Source of the DNA: Eledone cirrhosa
Lineage: Eukaryota
Reading direction: 5' to 3'
DNA length: 64,000 bases
Assembly: GCA_964016885.1 (NCBI GenBank)
Contig: OZ024747.1
Location: 25,916,001 to 25,980,000, forward strand
Below the pieces are notes generated by a model. The model searched no databases. It saw only the letters and a list, made by a program, of their open reading frames with translations, and was not told where the DNA came from. The translations under genes and the position numbers were made by a program. Shown here one piece after another: positions 46,601-59,179 of the stretch (positions within the stretch are counted from its first letter, which is position 1; each line of letters begins with the position of its first letter).

Positions 46601-47240
46601 TAGCCCGTCAGCATTCATCTCCTCAGTGGCCGTATCTCTGTTCCAGGTATTATTTATCTCAGTATTCAGATCATTGTCTGCTTCGGGTGGTTCCTCCGTT
46701 CTCAGGACCTCTTCACCTTCATTTCCCACTGGCTCGCTTGTCTGGCATACTACACCCGCCATCTCCAAGCCATTCTCTCTGCTCAGTTCCTCCAGTTCCA
46801 GCTCGCTTATCCATCCATTAGTTCTTATTACCCGAGCCTGCCCGGCCAATTTTTGTTCATCTAATTTAAATAAACCAATCTCGTTCCAGATGTTATGCAT
46901 CCGTCTCCTGTAGCCCCTCTCCTTGGGGTTACTTTTCAGGTAACATTGCATAACAGTTCTATTCAATTCTTTCGTCCAGTTGGTTCTGGCCCCTTTCCTT
47001 CTTCTCCTTCCTTCAACATCAGCAGTATTTGGTTGACAGTCAGGTTCCTGCTGCTGAGCCAGGGGGCACCTGTTGGGTGAGAGTCTGTCACATGACGTTC
47101 TAGACTCCATTTCACCGTTATTCGAACTGTTTATGTTCGATATTTAAACACTCTTATCGAGGATTGGCGAATGTATGGTTACATAGCCATCTGTGGATCC
47201 GCCATCCCACTTGGCCCTTGTGTGGCATTATCACCACGCT
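43547..47240 (-). mobile_element. Full-length R4/Dong-type RLE LINE, family E, with (TAA)n tail
   Basis: Intact ORF, ~80-nt 3'UTR, tail 43547-43640. Confidence 0.96.
43718..47110 (-). CDS. 1130-aa reverse transcriptase / CCHC / restriction-like endonuclease polyprotein (uninterrupted)
   Basis: KSPGPDG, YRPITCL, WIDYRKAFD, IFQGDSLSP, FMDD, CRICGEREETVAHIVSEC, RHD, RPDLVVVD..IVDVACP, KINRY. Confidence 0.95.
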   Translation of the reverse strand: MESRTSCDRLSPNRCPLAQQQEPDCQPNTADVEGRRRRKGARTNWTKELNRTVMQCYLKSNPKERGYRRRMHNIWNEIGLFKLDEQKLAGQARVIRTNGWISELELEELSRENGLEMAGVVCQTSEPVGNEGEEVLRTEEPPEADNDLNTEINNTWNRDTATEEMNADGLGQDSVDILNLVVDELNNDSGRPMNLRFVDRKKLKETTAKVNKVIPYLEARSLHQCNNILKATANTVRKLLGIKARGNNRQERAEPWWKKRLSGQIGEMRNYLGKLESLLNGTLKNIGTKNRLEIKYKTRSKKLNIIIEELKQRIVAKSAKIRRYENRVSQYKQNRMFDNNQKMLFGQLEGKERGNDLIPGAEQTKTFWRGIWEQDVRHNAQAGWIETVQREIGEQAQQQTELSITVETLKGQAKKLTNWKSPGPDGVQGYWIKHLTSLHPKLTAMFNDCLVSGEVPEWLTKGTTVLIMKDRIKGNDVTNYRPITCLSVMWKLLTSIVSEEIYHHLHTNNLLPDEQKGCRKKSRGTKDQLLIDKMVMGNCRRRHTDLAMGWIDYRKAFDMVPHSWITKSLEIFKVADNIRQLLGRSMGSWETELTSTGVSLGSVKIKRGIFQGDSLSPLLFVLALMRLTIMLRKVRAGYKLGRGELTINHLLFMDDLKLFGKSEKELDVLVDTVRIFSSDICMQFGIGKCGVIVMKRGRLSRSNGIQIPTGEMIKEIDSEEGYKYLGVLEADGIKNKKMKELLRTEYIRRVRSVLKSHLNSRNAISAVNSRAVSIIRYSAGILRWNVAEQKEMDRKTRKLLTIYNMFHKRGDVDRLYLRRSEGGRGLISIEDCVQMEKNNLYKYVTYSKEPMLRTVLKEGTVGQGMSKEEITSRRKSSLKGKSLHSTFFEKTEFRDPQTWNWLRRGDLKKATEGMLMAAQEQALKTKWLKHHIYKEEASPLCRICGEREETVAHIVSECKHLAQTHYKGWRHDVMGRVIHWHLCKVNNLPHSEKWYEHRPEAVMENNRVKVLWDFRIQTDKKLEHNRPDLVVVDKEKRSCLIVDVACPFDTRVQEKEREKINRYQDLKWEVKRIWNCHEVKVIPIIIGALVPISKSFQGWLKKIGPFTLFGTLQKACLLGTARTLRYVLNI

Positions 47241-47645
47241 GTATACGAACACACATAAACAAACAAACACACGGGCAGAAAGGGCCCCAAAAATGAATAA
47301 GCATAAGTTTCATTGTAATGTAGTGTTCGAATGTCTGACTTAGTTTTTGTTTTTTAAGTTTTAGTTTTTCCCCCCTCTTCTCTGTCCGTCCGCCTGCTTC
47401 TCTCTTCATTCTTATTTTCTTTACGTTTTTGGGGTTTCTTTTTTTGTTTTTGTTTTTCTCTGTTTGTTTTTCTCGTTTTTGCTGTTGTTGCTGTGCTGCT
47501 TTGGTTTTGTTGTTTGTTTTTTTCTTTTTTCTTTTGAGTCTATCTATATATTTTGATGCCTTCCTCTTTGTTAGTAGTAGGAATTCTATAATGTGGAAGT
47601 AGCAGCCAGCAGGGAGAAGTGGGAGCCTGGCGGCGGTAGCGATAC

Positions 47646-47646
<1 letters not shown>

Positions 47647-47744
<98 letters not shown>

Positions 47745-48334
47745 TTTGAGTCTCAGTCATTGATGTTAGTTAACTGGAAAGTTTGTTGAAATGAATATCA
47801 AGCCACTACCTGCAGCCTCAGATATTCAGGACGTATCGGAGGGTTCTTGCTGTTCCCAGCAAGCATGCCTTTTAAAGCGTTCCAAAAAGCGTGAAGGGGC
47901 TAATTTTCTTTAATCATCCCTGGCACTTTTTGAGATAGTACCTAGTGTGCCTATGACAATCGGGACCACTTTGACTTCATGGTAGTGCCAAATCCTTTTT
48001 ACCTCCCACTTTAAGTCCTGGTATCTGTTAATTTTCTCCCTCTCCTTCTCTTGTACTCTCGTGTCGAATGGGCAGCCCACATCCACAATCAGGCACGATC
48101 TTTTTTCTTTGTCCACAACCACCAGGTCAGGTCTATTGTGTTCCAGTTTCTTGACCGTCTGTATCCTAAAATCCTACAGCACCTTCACCTTATCGTTTTC
48201 TATCACCGACTCTGGCTTATGCTCATACCACTTCTCAGAATGTGGTAAATTGTTTACTTTGCATAGGTGCCAGTGGATCACCCTGCCCATCACATCCTGT
48301 CTCCAGCCCTTATAGTGAGTCTGGGCTAGGTGTT
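47647..48334 (-). mobile_element. 5'-truncated, diverged family E copy with (TAA)n tail
   Basis: KHLAQTHYKGW..VVDKEKRSCLIVDV and the same 3'UTR. Confidence 0.92.
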
Positions 48335-48349
48335 TATTATTAATATTAT

Positions 48350-49760
48350 TAACTAGAGAAAAACACAATGGAAAGCATCCAGCAAATAGCAAACTCCATC
48401 CACCAGAGCATTAGAGTTACTATAGACTACCCAAGTAAACACCCCAACCATCGATTACCTGTACTAGACACAGAGCTCTGGTTAGATACCATTAACAACA
48501 AAAAACAAATCCTCCATTCCCATTATGCCAAACCCATGACTTCCAAACATCTGATCCACCGAAACTCGGCCGTTTCGGACCATACCAAAATCAACATACT
48601 GATTGCGGATTTGGTACGGGTGATGAGAAATGTGTCCCGCATGTGCAACCCCGAAGAACTAGAGAGACACATACAACACTTCATCCACCGTATGCAGTTC
48701 TCTGGCTACAATCAGAGAGATAAAATCAGAGTGTATAGAGGAGCCAGAACCAAATGGGAAAAAATGGTAAATAATGACATAAATGGGACCTGCCCCTTGT
48801 ATAGGAGCACATTTTGGAATAGAATAGAAAGAACTAGGAACAAGGCTAATAGAATAAACTCATGGTATGATAGCAATAAATACCAGAGTGTAATGTTTAT
48901 CGATACAACCCCTAGAAGTGAATTAGCTTACAAATTTAGAAGGGCCCTAGATAAACATAAACTCAATATTAAGATAGTAGAAAGACCAGGTACCTCCATA
49001 AAAACACCTATTAGCAAGACATACCCTTTTCAAAGACCCCCCTCTATAGATAAGAAATGTATAACCTGTAAATTAAGCCCCCATATTAACTGTAAAACTA
49101 GAAATGTAGTATATAGCATAAGATGTACCGAAGGACAATGTAGAGACAAAAATATAGTGTACATAGGTGAGACAGCTCGTAGTGTAGGGGAACGGATAAA
49201 TGAACACTGGCGAGACCTTCAAGATAGTAAAGAATCATCTGTACTCTACCAACATGCTAAAATAGAACATAAGGGTAAATTAGAGAACATAGAAATAAAA
49301 ATAGAATCTACACACAGAAAAGACGCAATGTTTAGACAAATCACAGAGGCAATAAACATAAAAGAATTACAACCAAAATTAAATAGAAAACATGAGTGGA
49401 ACAGCTACATCACAACTTACAATTAAGGACAAAATGAAAACACACACGCACATAGAACAAACAACCAACCTGTAACATGTAAATAAACAAATAAATAAAC
49501 GAATATAAACACACACAGACACCCGGATGTGGCGCATGCGCAGACTGAGCACACAACACACACACAGAAACAAGATGGCGTCGGACAGAACAAAGGAGAG
49601 GCACAAAAAACAAAGAAAAGAATCCCCAGTCACTGAAGAGGTCACAGAATGTGAGACGAAAGAACTTTGACAATATATAAACAACCATCTGGTTGTGGAA
49701 CCAACCAACCAACCGGAAATTTATAAATTCCTAAATTTATTATAAATTTATTATATTAAA
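48350..49760 (+). mobile_element. 5'-truncated Penelope-like element (PLE-2)
   Basis: ORF 48368-49426 covers RT thumb, linker and intact GIY-YIG (NVVYSIRC..YIGETARS..ERINEHW..RQITEA..PKLN); related to PLE-1. Confidence 0.92.
49629..49671 (+). ncRNA. Minimal hammerhead motif in the PLE-2 3' region
   Basis: GTCA-CTGAAGA-GGTCACAGAATGTGAGAC-GAAA-GAAC-TT-TGAC, sense strand, ~200 nt after the stop codon. Confidence 0.7.
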
Positions 49761-50983
49761 TTGAAGTGAAAGCAACTGGTGCGTGTGTTTCTTATTGGCA
49801 ACATGACCCTCCCAAAGTATAACAATATCGGTTTCAACACACGATTTCAGATAAAAAATCTTGCTAAACAAATTCAGAAACGAAATTATTATTGTTATTA
49901 TTATCATTATTATTACGCAGAAATATCTGAGGAATATCTAAAGGGATATCTAAATGAATCAATTAATAAATGGTAACACTCGAAAAGAATGTGCATCGCT
50001 GGTGAATCTCTGTTAATTAACAGTGTTATGTCTGACTCGCTGCTTTCAGCAGACGATCTGACGGAGCATTAGAAAACAATTATCTTGCGATCAAAAGGAA
50101 CTTCTAATGCGAGAGTATTTTCAACACAAACTAATTTGCAAGCGTTTTGAATTGCTTTTATATGTATTTCCTTCTCCCTTGATAGCGAATTAGTGATGAC
50201 GTTGGTAGCTAGCTTTAGATAATAATTGCCAAGAGATCGACAGATGTTGCTTTTTTTTTCAATAAGGAATTATACTAAGAGACATATATTTCATTCACCG
50301 TATAATGTCAAGTCATTTTAATGGACAATACTAACTCTGATATGTATTCAGTTATATATAAATATATGGAGAGAGAGAGAGGGGGGGGGGGTATGTATGT
50401 ATTTATACATGCATATATGTGTATTACACATACACATACACACATACATATGTATACATATACATATATATATATGCATATATACATACACATACATCTA
50501 TAAATAATGTATAATTCTAATGTAATCTATAATTCTATTCATTACGTTCAATGTATTTAACGTGCAGGCTAGAGGTAAGCAATACTTTTAAAGTTCTAAT
50601 AGTACCTATCTGTAGCACGTTTTGTTCCGTCTGCTTCCCATGAACACTATGACATCACAGGAAGAAGCAACGGATTATTACCTACTTCCTACATATAACA
50701 ACTGTATGGAGGGTGTGATGCGAAGAAGATTTGGATGATATTTCTAACAAGTAGAGCAACAGCATCAATGATTTCTAGTTGGCTCTGTGTTTCTGTGATT
50801 TGTATATCTGTGTCTCTGTGATTGAGTTAAGCTCTTCATTTCGGAAACATAAGGTCCCAGGTTTGAATCCATAGATACACGTAACGTTACTGCCGTTCTC
50901 ATAGAAAATACATTAATACCAAGAGCAAGCTGTTCCATTGGTTGAACAACGGGAACAGTCATCGTCAGAACCGATGAAGTTTC

Positions 50984-51075
<92 letters not shown>

Positions 51076-51487
51076 CTGCTGTATAGCTTACCCAGCAGTA
51101 AAAACTTACTCACACTGCATAGAATTCTCGCATAATATTATAGGGCAGTCCTGCTGATGACGTGTAATAGCCCGGTTGCATAATTATCTGCTGATTTTAC
51201 GTGATTTTTTGAACATTGCAGTAGTAAAATCTGCATTTGTAAAGTAAGGAAATATTACACAGAAACGATCGTTCAGGAATTTTAACATCCATTTCTAATT
51301 AAAAACACACCCAACGTTCTACAGTAAAACTAAATGTGTGCACTCTGAACAGGTGATTGCAGTTGCATAACTGCAATTCACTGGATTTGTTGAGTGAGCT
51401 AGACACTGGCCGAAGGACGCTGTATTTATACCAGCGATCTTCGTTTATATTGTTATATATGTATATATAATATAATATATAATATAT

Positions 51488-51574
51488 AATTGTTTCTACT
51501 TTAGGCACAAGGCCAGTAATTACCCAGTGCATTACTGGTACTTTATTTTATCGACCCCGTAAGGATGAAAGGCA
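51488..51574 (-). mobile_element. Truncated ATT-family SINE
   Basis: TGCCTTTCATCCTTACGGGGTCGATAAAATAAAGTACCAG..GGCCTTGTGCCTAAAGTAGAAACAATT. Confidence 0.85.
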
Positions 51575-51596
51575 ATATATAATATATAAAGACAAT

Positions 51597-51718
51597 ATAT
51601 AATATATAAAGAAAGACAAACAAAGATATATACATATATGCGTTCAAATCACAAGGGACGAGATTTGAACGAATATGTGTATATATCTATCTGTGTTTAT
51701 CTTTCTTTATATATTATA
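51597..51718. repeat. Imperfect ~120-bp palindrome
   Basis: ATATAAAGAAAGA..CGTTCAAATC [11 nt] GATTTGAACG..TCTTTCTTTATAT. Confidence 0.8.
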
Positions 51719-51964
51719 TTATATTATAAGGCTCGGAAAATTTTTTCCTGGAGCTATTTTAATTATTTTAATTATAAGGGACTATTGTGAGTTTTTAACC
51801 CAATATATACTTTTGATATATATGTATATATAAATATATATAGGAGAGTGTTTTAAAATACTGTAGTATTTAAAATATTCAAACATTAACTGAACAAGCA
51901 CTTAATACTCGAGGTCAGAATGTAAAAATTTATTTTCTAAATAGAAAAGTGGCAGTGACTTCCA

Positions 51965-52305
51965 AATTTCAGCTTGATCCCTTCTTCATATATATCATTT
52001 TGAAAGTAAGTTTCAGCTTGATCCCTTCTTCATATATATTATTGAAGGTAAATTTTAGTTTGATCACTTCTTCATATATATATTACTGAAAGTAAGTTTC
52101 AGCTTGACCCCTTCTTCATATAAGTTATTGAAAGTAAGTTTCAGCTTGATCCCTTCCTCATATATATTATTGAAGGTAAGTTTCAGCTTGATCCCTTCTT
52201 CATATATATTATTGAAAGTAAGTTTCAGCTTGATCCCTTCTTCATATATATTATTGAAGGTAAGTTTCAGCTTGATCCCTTCTTCATATATGTTATTGAA
52301 GGTAT
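51965..52305. repeat. ~42-bp minisatellite, 8 units (AAGTTTCAGCTTGATCCCTTCTTCATATATATTATTGAARGT)
   Basis: Direct tandem units without spacers. Confidence 0.92.
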
Positions 52306-52545
52306 CTCAATGTTTGTGATGGTTTACTCATCAATTAAAAAATAATATCCAACAATATAAACAGTGCCGATTATAAACTGCAAATGCAAAATAAACCTAC
52401 TAAAGATAGTTCTAAAGAAATCCAGGTATAATCACACATTCAAACACATAGACACACACACAGAGACAAAGACACACACACACACGCACGCACACACATA
52501 CACACACACAAACACACACATATATACACACATATATATATATAT

Positions 52546-52639
<94 letters not shown>

Positions 52640-53275
52640 CACCTCTCTCTCTCTCTACCTGTATGTGTGTCTATATATGCGTGCGGAAAAATGAGAATAA
52701 GAGAGCGAGACCAACATAAATAATAATGTGTGAGTGTGTGTGTGTGAGAGTGTGTATGTGTGCGTGTGCACATGTGTGTGTATGTATAAGAATGTGAATT
52801 AAGAATATGTTATGTTATTTATTTGTTTAGAATATAGAAACCTTTATTTAGAGTTAAATTTGTAAACATGTTTGTTCTGTAAAATTTCTATATTAAACGC
52901 AATAGAAAATACCTCCCAAAGTTTACTATTAATTCCAATATGGAGGATATTGAATGTTTATTTAACTATACAAATCATACGATTCCAAAGAAAACAGAAA
53001 ATTAAATTACTTCTTAGAGAATCATATTGACTCCATTATATAAAGTATATCAATGTGAGCATCAGTATTTTTAGTGAATTTCACTGTTAATAATATAGAG
53101 CAATAATAAATATATATTATCATTAATATTAAGCATATATACCTTTATATATTATGTATATATAAATTCACTCACACATACATACATACTTATATATGTA
53201 TATATGCCATCAAGGAATTATTGAATTAAATATTTTACTATAAACCCCATAATTTGGCGGGTAATATGGTAATGA

Positions 53276-53311
<36 letters not shown>

Positions 53312-53461
53312 GCAGTAATAATAAATGTGAAGACTAAAATCCGAAGAGGGCTCGATAAGGATTATATTTATATATATATATAAACCCGTAGAGCAAATAT
53401 TTATAATAAGTACAGATTAAAGTTTAAGTTTAAGATTATTTGCTTAAAGTTTAATCTGTAC

Positions 53462-53519
<58 letters not shown>

Positions 53520-53848
53520 AGAGTATTGAAGTTTGCTTGAAGCATTGTGGAACAATAAGTAAATATCTTTAAGTCGTTTGGAAGCCTCGACAATGCAAAT
53601 GGGTAAATCTCCGGGTAACAAGGTCCGGTGGTGGAGAGAGAGAGATGTAAGTGGGTGTACGTTGAGATGCGTGGTGTGTATAAGATGTGTGAGATGTGTA
53701 GAATGAAGGGAAGAGTATAAAGGATAAAATTAAAATAACAACACAAGAGAGAGTTACCTTGGGAGAGATTTAATAGTCCCTATAAATTTCGGATTCACAT
53801 CCATCAACTGGGGTTTTTTTTCCGGGGTGGGGGAAAATGTTGTCTGTC

Positions 53849-53905
<57 letters not shown>

Positions 53906-54474
53906 AAATAGAAGCTATCGCCTCTTTCTTTTTACTAAATATATTTTAGCCTAATAGTGGGGTTTAGAACCCTCTAAGAAATGGAAAAAGATGAGGTTGC
54001 CTACAAGATGAACTATAAATGATCAAGTAAACTACATTAAAGAGAATATGATCAAGACATTGTGATAAGACATTTGTTGATCTTCATTGTCATTATGTTC
54101 TTACACAATTCTTGCTAGGTAGGGAGATGCAGGTTTTGTCTGCTCATTAGATACCCTTTTACTATTTTATACTGGTTTTTACGGGGTCGATAAAATAAAA
54201 CACCAGTTTTCGACTGGGGTCCAGTTAATCGACTTTCCCCTCTCCCCAAATTACTGACCTTGTGCCTATAGTAGAAACCACCATTCTATACTGGTTTCAA
54301 TCATTGGACAGTGGCTATATTGGGGCATCGGTTCGAAGGGATTCAGTCAATATGAACCCCAGTATTTATTTTTGCAAGTCTTGCATTTATTTTGTCGATG
54401 TTTTATGTCGAATGTCAAGGTTACGGGACATAAACAAACGGTAAACGTAAACACAGTCACGAGCAAACACGCAG

Positions 54475-54526
<52 letters not shown>

Positions 54527-54619
54527 AGGAGGAGAGACAGACAGATAGACAGACAGAGAGACGGACAGAGAGACATACAGACAGAGACAGACACACACAC
54601 AGTCATGCCTCAGGAATTC

Positions 54620-55330
54620 AAAGCCGGTAGTAACAAACGTGTTGCAATGTGTTTTCTTTGAGAAACTAAATACTATTGTAACTATTTAAAAGATATTCTT
54701 GCCTTGCATTTAGCACAAATGTTAAAAGTTTGCAATTTTACATATCTTTTCCCCTCCGGAATTGCTTTACATGCTTTCTCTCCAAACAATCATCTTTTTT
54801 TTTCTTCGTTTCTACCTTCCAGCCTATTTGAAAAATGGACGACTCTTTTTTCTTAATTTTTATGTTTGCTGATGTTTCTTAACTAATTATATTAATTTAC
54901 TGTTGTTTTCTGCAATACGTATTGTAAGCCTACAGCAGTGATTTATAAACAGTTTTTAATTATAGTATATAGTAAATCTTTAGCTCGATTTATGTCTCTG
55001 GTAACTTTAGCTTGTCAATATCTGATGTGTTGTATGTTAGCTTGCCAAATCTTGTCATTAACGTTCATGTTTTCCTGTCTAGTCGTATTAATTAGTTGCC
55101 CACTTTTACTACATAGTACAGGAAAACTAGATCTTATTACTATTGGTACCGTTAATTTATTGCTGCCTACCACTTTGCTTTTAATGTTTGCTTCTCAGAA
55201 CTACTCCGATACTTCTATAATAGTATAATAGACTTTTCAGAGTTTTCACTCTCAGATTTTAGTTTTACATCCTGTCTATTTGTTCTCCAATTCTTCGTCT
55301 ACTATTCATCTCTTTCAAAATATTTCAGAC
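54620..55330 (-). mobile_element. Ancient R4/Dong-type LINE fragment
   Basis: Minus frames YYRSIGVVLRSK, NKLTVPIV, RLDRKT and SDIDKLKLP echo CYRRVRAILRTE..NTLAIPVV..RLDTKI..ADIDRIYLP of family D. Confidence 0.55.
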
Positions 55331-55381
55331 CTTATATTCATAATTATTCTCTAATTTCTGTTTAATCAAATATTCCTAAAC

Positions 55382-55382
<1 letters not shown>

Positions 55383-55412
<30 letters not shown>

Positions 55413-56010
55413 TGTATGTATGTATGTATGTATGTATGTATGTATGTATGTATGTATGTATGTATGTATGTATGTATGTATGTATGTATGTATGTATGTA
55501 TGTATGTATGTATGTACGTACGTACGTACGTACGTACGTATGTATGTATGTATGTATGTATGTATGTATGTATGTATGTATGTATGTATGTATGTACGTA
55601 CGTATGTATGTATATACGTATGTATGTATTTGTGTGTATGTATGTATGTATGATTTATGCATGTATGTACGTACGTACGAATGTATGTATGTATGTATGT
55701 ATGTATGTATGTATGTATGTATGTATGTATGTATGCCTGTATGCATGTATGTACGTACGTACGTATGTATGTATTCATGTGAGTGTGTATGTACGTACGT
55801 ACGAATGTATTTATGTATGTATGTATGTATGTATGTATGAATGTATGTATGTACGTATGTATGTATTTATGTATGTATGTATGTACGAACGTACGAATGT
55901 ATGTATATACGTACGAATGTATGTATGTATGTATGTATTTATGTATGTATGCATGTATGTACGAATATCTGTATGTAAGTATGTATGTATATGTGTGTGT
56001 TTGTGCGTGT
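55383..56010. repeat. (TATG/TACG)n microsatellite
   Basis: Direct reading. Confidence 0.97.
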
Positions 56011-56255
56011 GATGTATCTATTTATCTACTGCTGGTTGCCACCCCCACCTCCTCTAAGAAAAAGAAATTTCTTCATTGATCCGCGTCGTTGAAAAGTGAG
56101 CTGATATTTCGTTCACGACATTTACAGACACAGACACACATACGCAGACGTACACCCCCCGACACACACACAGCCACACACACGCAGACGTATACACATA
56201 TACACATAGACACACACACATGTATATATATATAAACACACACATACACACACAC

Positions 56256-56313
<58 letters not shown>

Positions 56314-56544
56314 TCTTTGGAAAGGCCTATTTGAATTGGTTCTGCCTATTAACTGATCATTTTACGTCAGATGTCTTTCTAAAGAGGAAAAAACAGCCAT
56401 AATCACAACAACAACTGCAGCAGCTGCAGCAACAACAATAACAACACCAGCAACAGCAGTGGCAACGTCATTACCGGTGGAAATTCTACAAGCTGCCTCT
56501 ACAACGAGAAGATATCAAAAGTCATGGAAATACCAAAAATTAAA

Positions 56545-56579
56545 CACTACTACTACTATTACTACTACTACTACTACTC

Positions 56580-56616
<37 letters not shown>

Positions 56617-56647
56617 CACTACTACCACCACCATCACCACCACCATC

Positions 56648-56678
<31 letters not shown>

Positions 56679-56679
56679 T

Positions 56680-56741
<62 letters not shown>

Positions 56742-56750
56742 ACACCACCG
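56545..56750. repeat. (TAC/CAC)n microsatellite
   Basis: Direct reading. Confidence 0.97.
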
Positions 56751-56934
56751 ATAATGCGATATATATATATATAATGCTATATATATAATATATAATATAT
56801 ATATATAAATATATATAATATATTATATATATATGAAAATGATGATGGTATATTATATAAAACGTATATTGACTGTGTCGTCTGCTCCAGCAATTTCGGT
56901 TAATTTTTTTCTTTGACATGACAGCAACATAACG

Positions 56935-57360
56935 TAAGGATATTCAGCACGATGTCATTCACAGAGTGCACGACATCTCAGGTCCTTTGAATTACAGGTA
57001 TATTCCAAGTAGCATTACAATGTAAGCGGTTGAGTATTCCACTAACACGCGTACACCTTCATACAGGGAGATTCAGTGTGAGAGAGTGTGTACCCAGATA
57101 GGTCCTTTGAATTCTAAGTACAATTCATTTAGTATCATAGAGTAAGCGGCTAAGCCTTCAACAGAATCATGTACGCCTTAATATAATTCCCATGGAGATT
57201 TGGCGTGATGCAATGTGTTATAGGGTTTGTTTGAATTACAAGTAGAACTCAGTTTTGCCAGTTGAATGGACTGGAATAACGTGAAATGTAATGTCATGTC
57301 GGAAATCAAACTGACGACCTTACTATCAACAGTCGAACATCTGAACCAGTTAGGCACGCG
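56935..57360 (-). mobile_element. CORE-like SINE with ~3 tandem ~100-bp duplications of its body
   Basis: Repeated GGTCCTTTGAATT.CA.GTA and GTAAGCGG.T.AG blocks; the head remnant lies near 57300-57360. Confidence 0.5.
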
Positions 57361-57609
57361 CGTCATCACATATAGAAATGAAGTAAAAGGAATATCATAC
57401 AGGCATGCACACAGTAAAAAGCAAAATACAAAATTATCGTCTGCGCCATCCATTTTTTTTTTTGTAATCTTACCATTGTTTTAAATGAAAACAAAATGGC
57501 GAATAACCTTTTAATGTATCAGTCTTGTGTTTTTATATACATAAAAATTCAATTATTACCAATTACTTCACGTAATTTTCTCTTCAACATCACTTCATCA
57601 CTTACTCTC

Positions 57610-57675
<66 letters not shown>

Positions 57676-57844
57676 CACGCGCATAGGCATTGGGGTAAGT
57701 TATATATGTATACATTTGTGTATGTAACAATACCCATTAAAAAAAAAAAGATAATCTGAGTTGAAATCTTTGTGTGTATGTCTGTGTATATGTGTATGTG
57801 TGTGTGCGCGGAAAAATGAGAATAAGAGAGCGAGACAAATATAA

Positions 57845-58034
57845 ATAATTGTTTCTATGTTAGGCACAAGGCCAGCAATTACCCAGTGTATTACTGGTAC
57901 TTTATTTTATCGACCCCATAAGGATGAAAGGCAAAGTTAACCTCGGCGGGATTTGAACTCAGAATGGCAAGGGCTGTAACTCTATGCGTCAAAGCTTGGC
58001 GTCCGACCCTCTACCGATACTGCCAATCCACCGC

Positions 58035-58035
<1 letters not shown>
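57845..58035 (-). mobile_element. Full-length ATT-family SINE
   Basis: Reverse complement of the 33661 type. Confidence 0.92.
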
Positions 58036-58076
<41 letters not shown>

Positions 58077-58077
<1 letters not shown>

Positions 58078-58830
58078 CAAGCCAACATAATAAAAAATGG
58101 ATGCAACCCATTATGCCGTGTATGTAAAAAACAACCAGAGACCATTGATCATATAATTTCAATGTGCAGTCCTATAGCTCCAACCGAATACCTAAACAGG
58201 CATGACAGAGCTGCACACTACATACATTGGATAATGGGTAAGCATTTTGACCTGCCCCATCAAAAGAATTGGTGGGAGCACCAACCACCTCCCATACTTG
58301 AAAAAGATCACATCTCAATCTTGTGGAACTTTAGCATCCAAACAGACCGAAAAATAGATACAAATAGACCTGATATAACACTGAAGGACTTTAAAAACAG
58401 GGTATGCCTGCTAATTGATATGTCCGTTCCAATAGACAAGAATGTATCTATAAAAACATTTGAAAAATTGAGCAAGTATAAGGATCTGGAGATAGAAATT
58501 GGAAAAATGTGGAAATTGAAAACTAAAACAATACCAGTGGTTGTAGGCGCTCTAGGAATGATACCTAAGGGGTCTAATGATTACTTATCGCAAATCCCAG
58601 GAAACCCGCGTATAGGAGAAATACAAAAGATAGTACTAATAGGAACTGCCCATATACTAAGGAAGATTCTGTCAATATAAGTACATCACAAGTCTAAACA
58701 CCTAAAGATGCATGTGTGTGTATGTATGTTCTTTCTTGAACATGGCGGACCTATTGTCTCTTGAGGTCACTGGTTGTGACTTGGTCATAACTCGTATGAA
58801 CATAAAGCAAGATAAATGCAATAATAATAA
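58077..58830 (+). mobile_element. 5'-truncated family D LINE between (TAA)n tracts
   Basis: NIIKNGCNPLCRVC...ILRKILSI plus the same 3'UTR as copy D. Confidence 0.93.
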
Positions 58831-59179
58831 TTGTTTCTACTTTTGTCACAAGGCCAGTAATTACCCAGTGCATTACTGGTACTTTATTTTATCGACCCCG
58901 TAAGGATGAAAGGCAAAGTTAATCTCGGCGGAATTTGAACTCAGAATGGCAAGGGTTGTAACTCCATGCGTCAAAAGCATAGCGTCCGACCCTCTACCGG
59001 TACTGCCAATCCACCGCCCTAATGCAATAATAACATATGCAATAAATAAATGCAATAATAATAATAAATAATTGTTTCTACTTTAGGCACAAGGCCAGCA
59101 ATTATCCCAGTGCATTACTGGTACTTTATTTTATCGACCCCGTAAGGATGAAAGGCAAAGTTAACCTCGGCGGGATTTG

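Noticed and set aside
42218-47240. HDV-like or twister ribozyme at the Dong 5' ends
   Set aside because: Could not fit the HDV P1/P1.1/P3-L3/J4-2 elements or the twister core by eye; reported only as structured UTRs
51965-52305. Regular ~42-bp repeats as a CRISPR array
   Set aside because: Units are contiguous with no unique spacers, and the context is eukaryotic; this is a minisatellite
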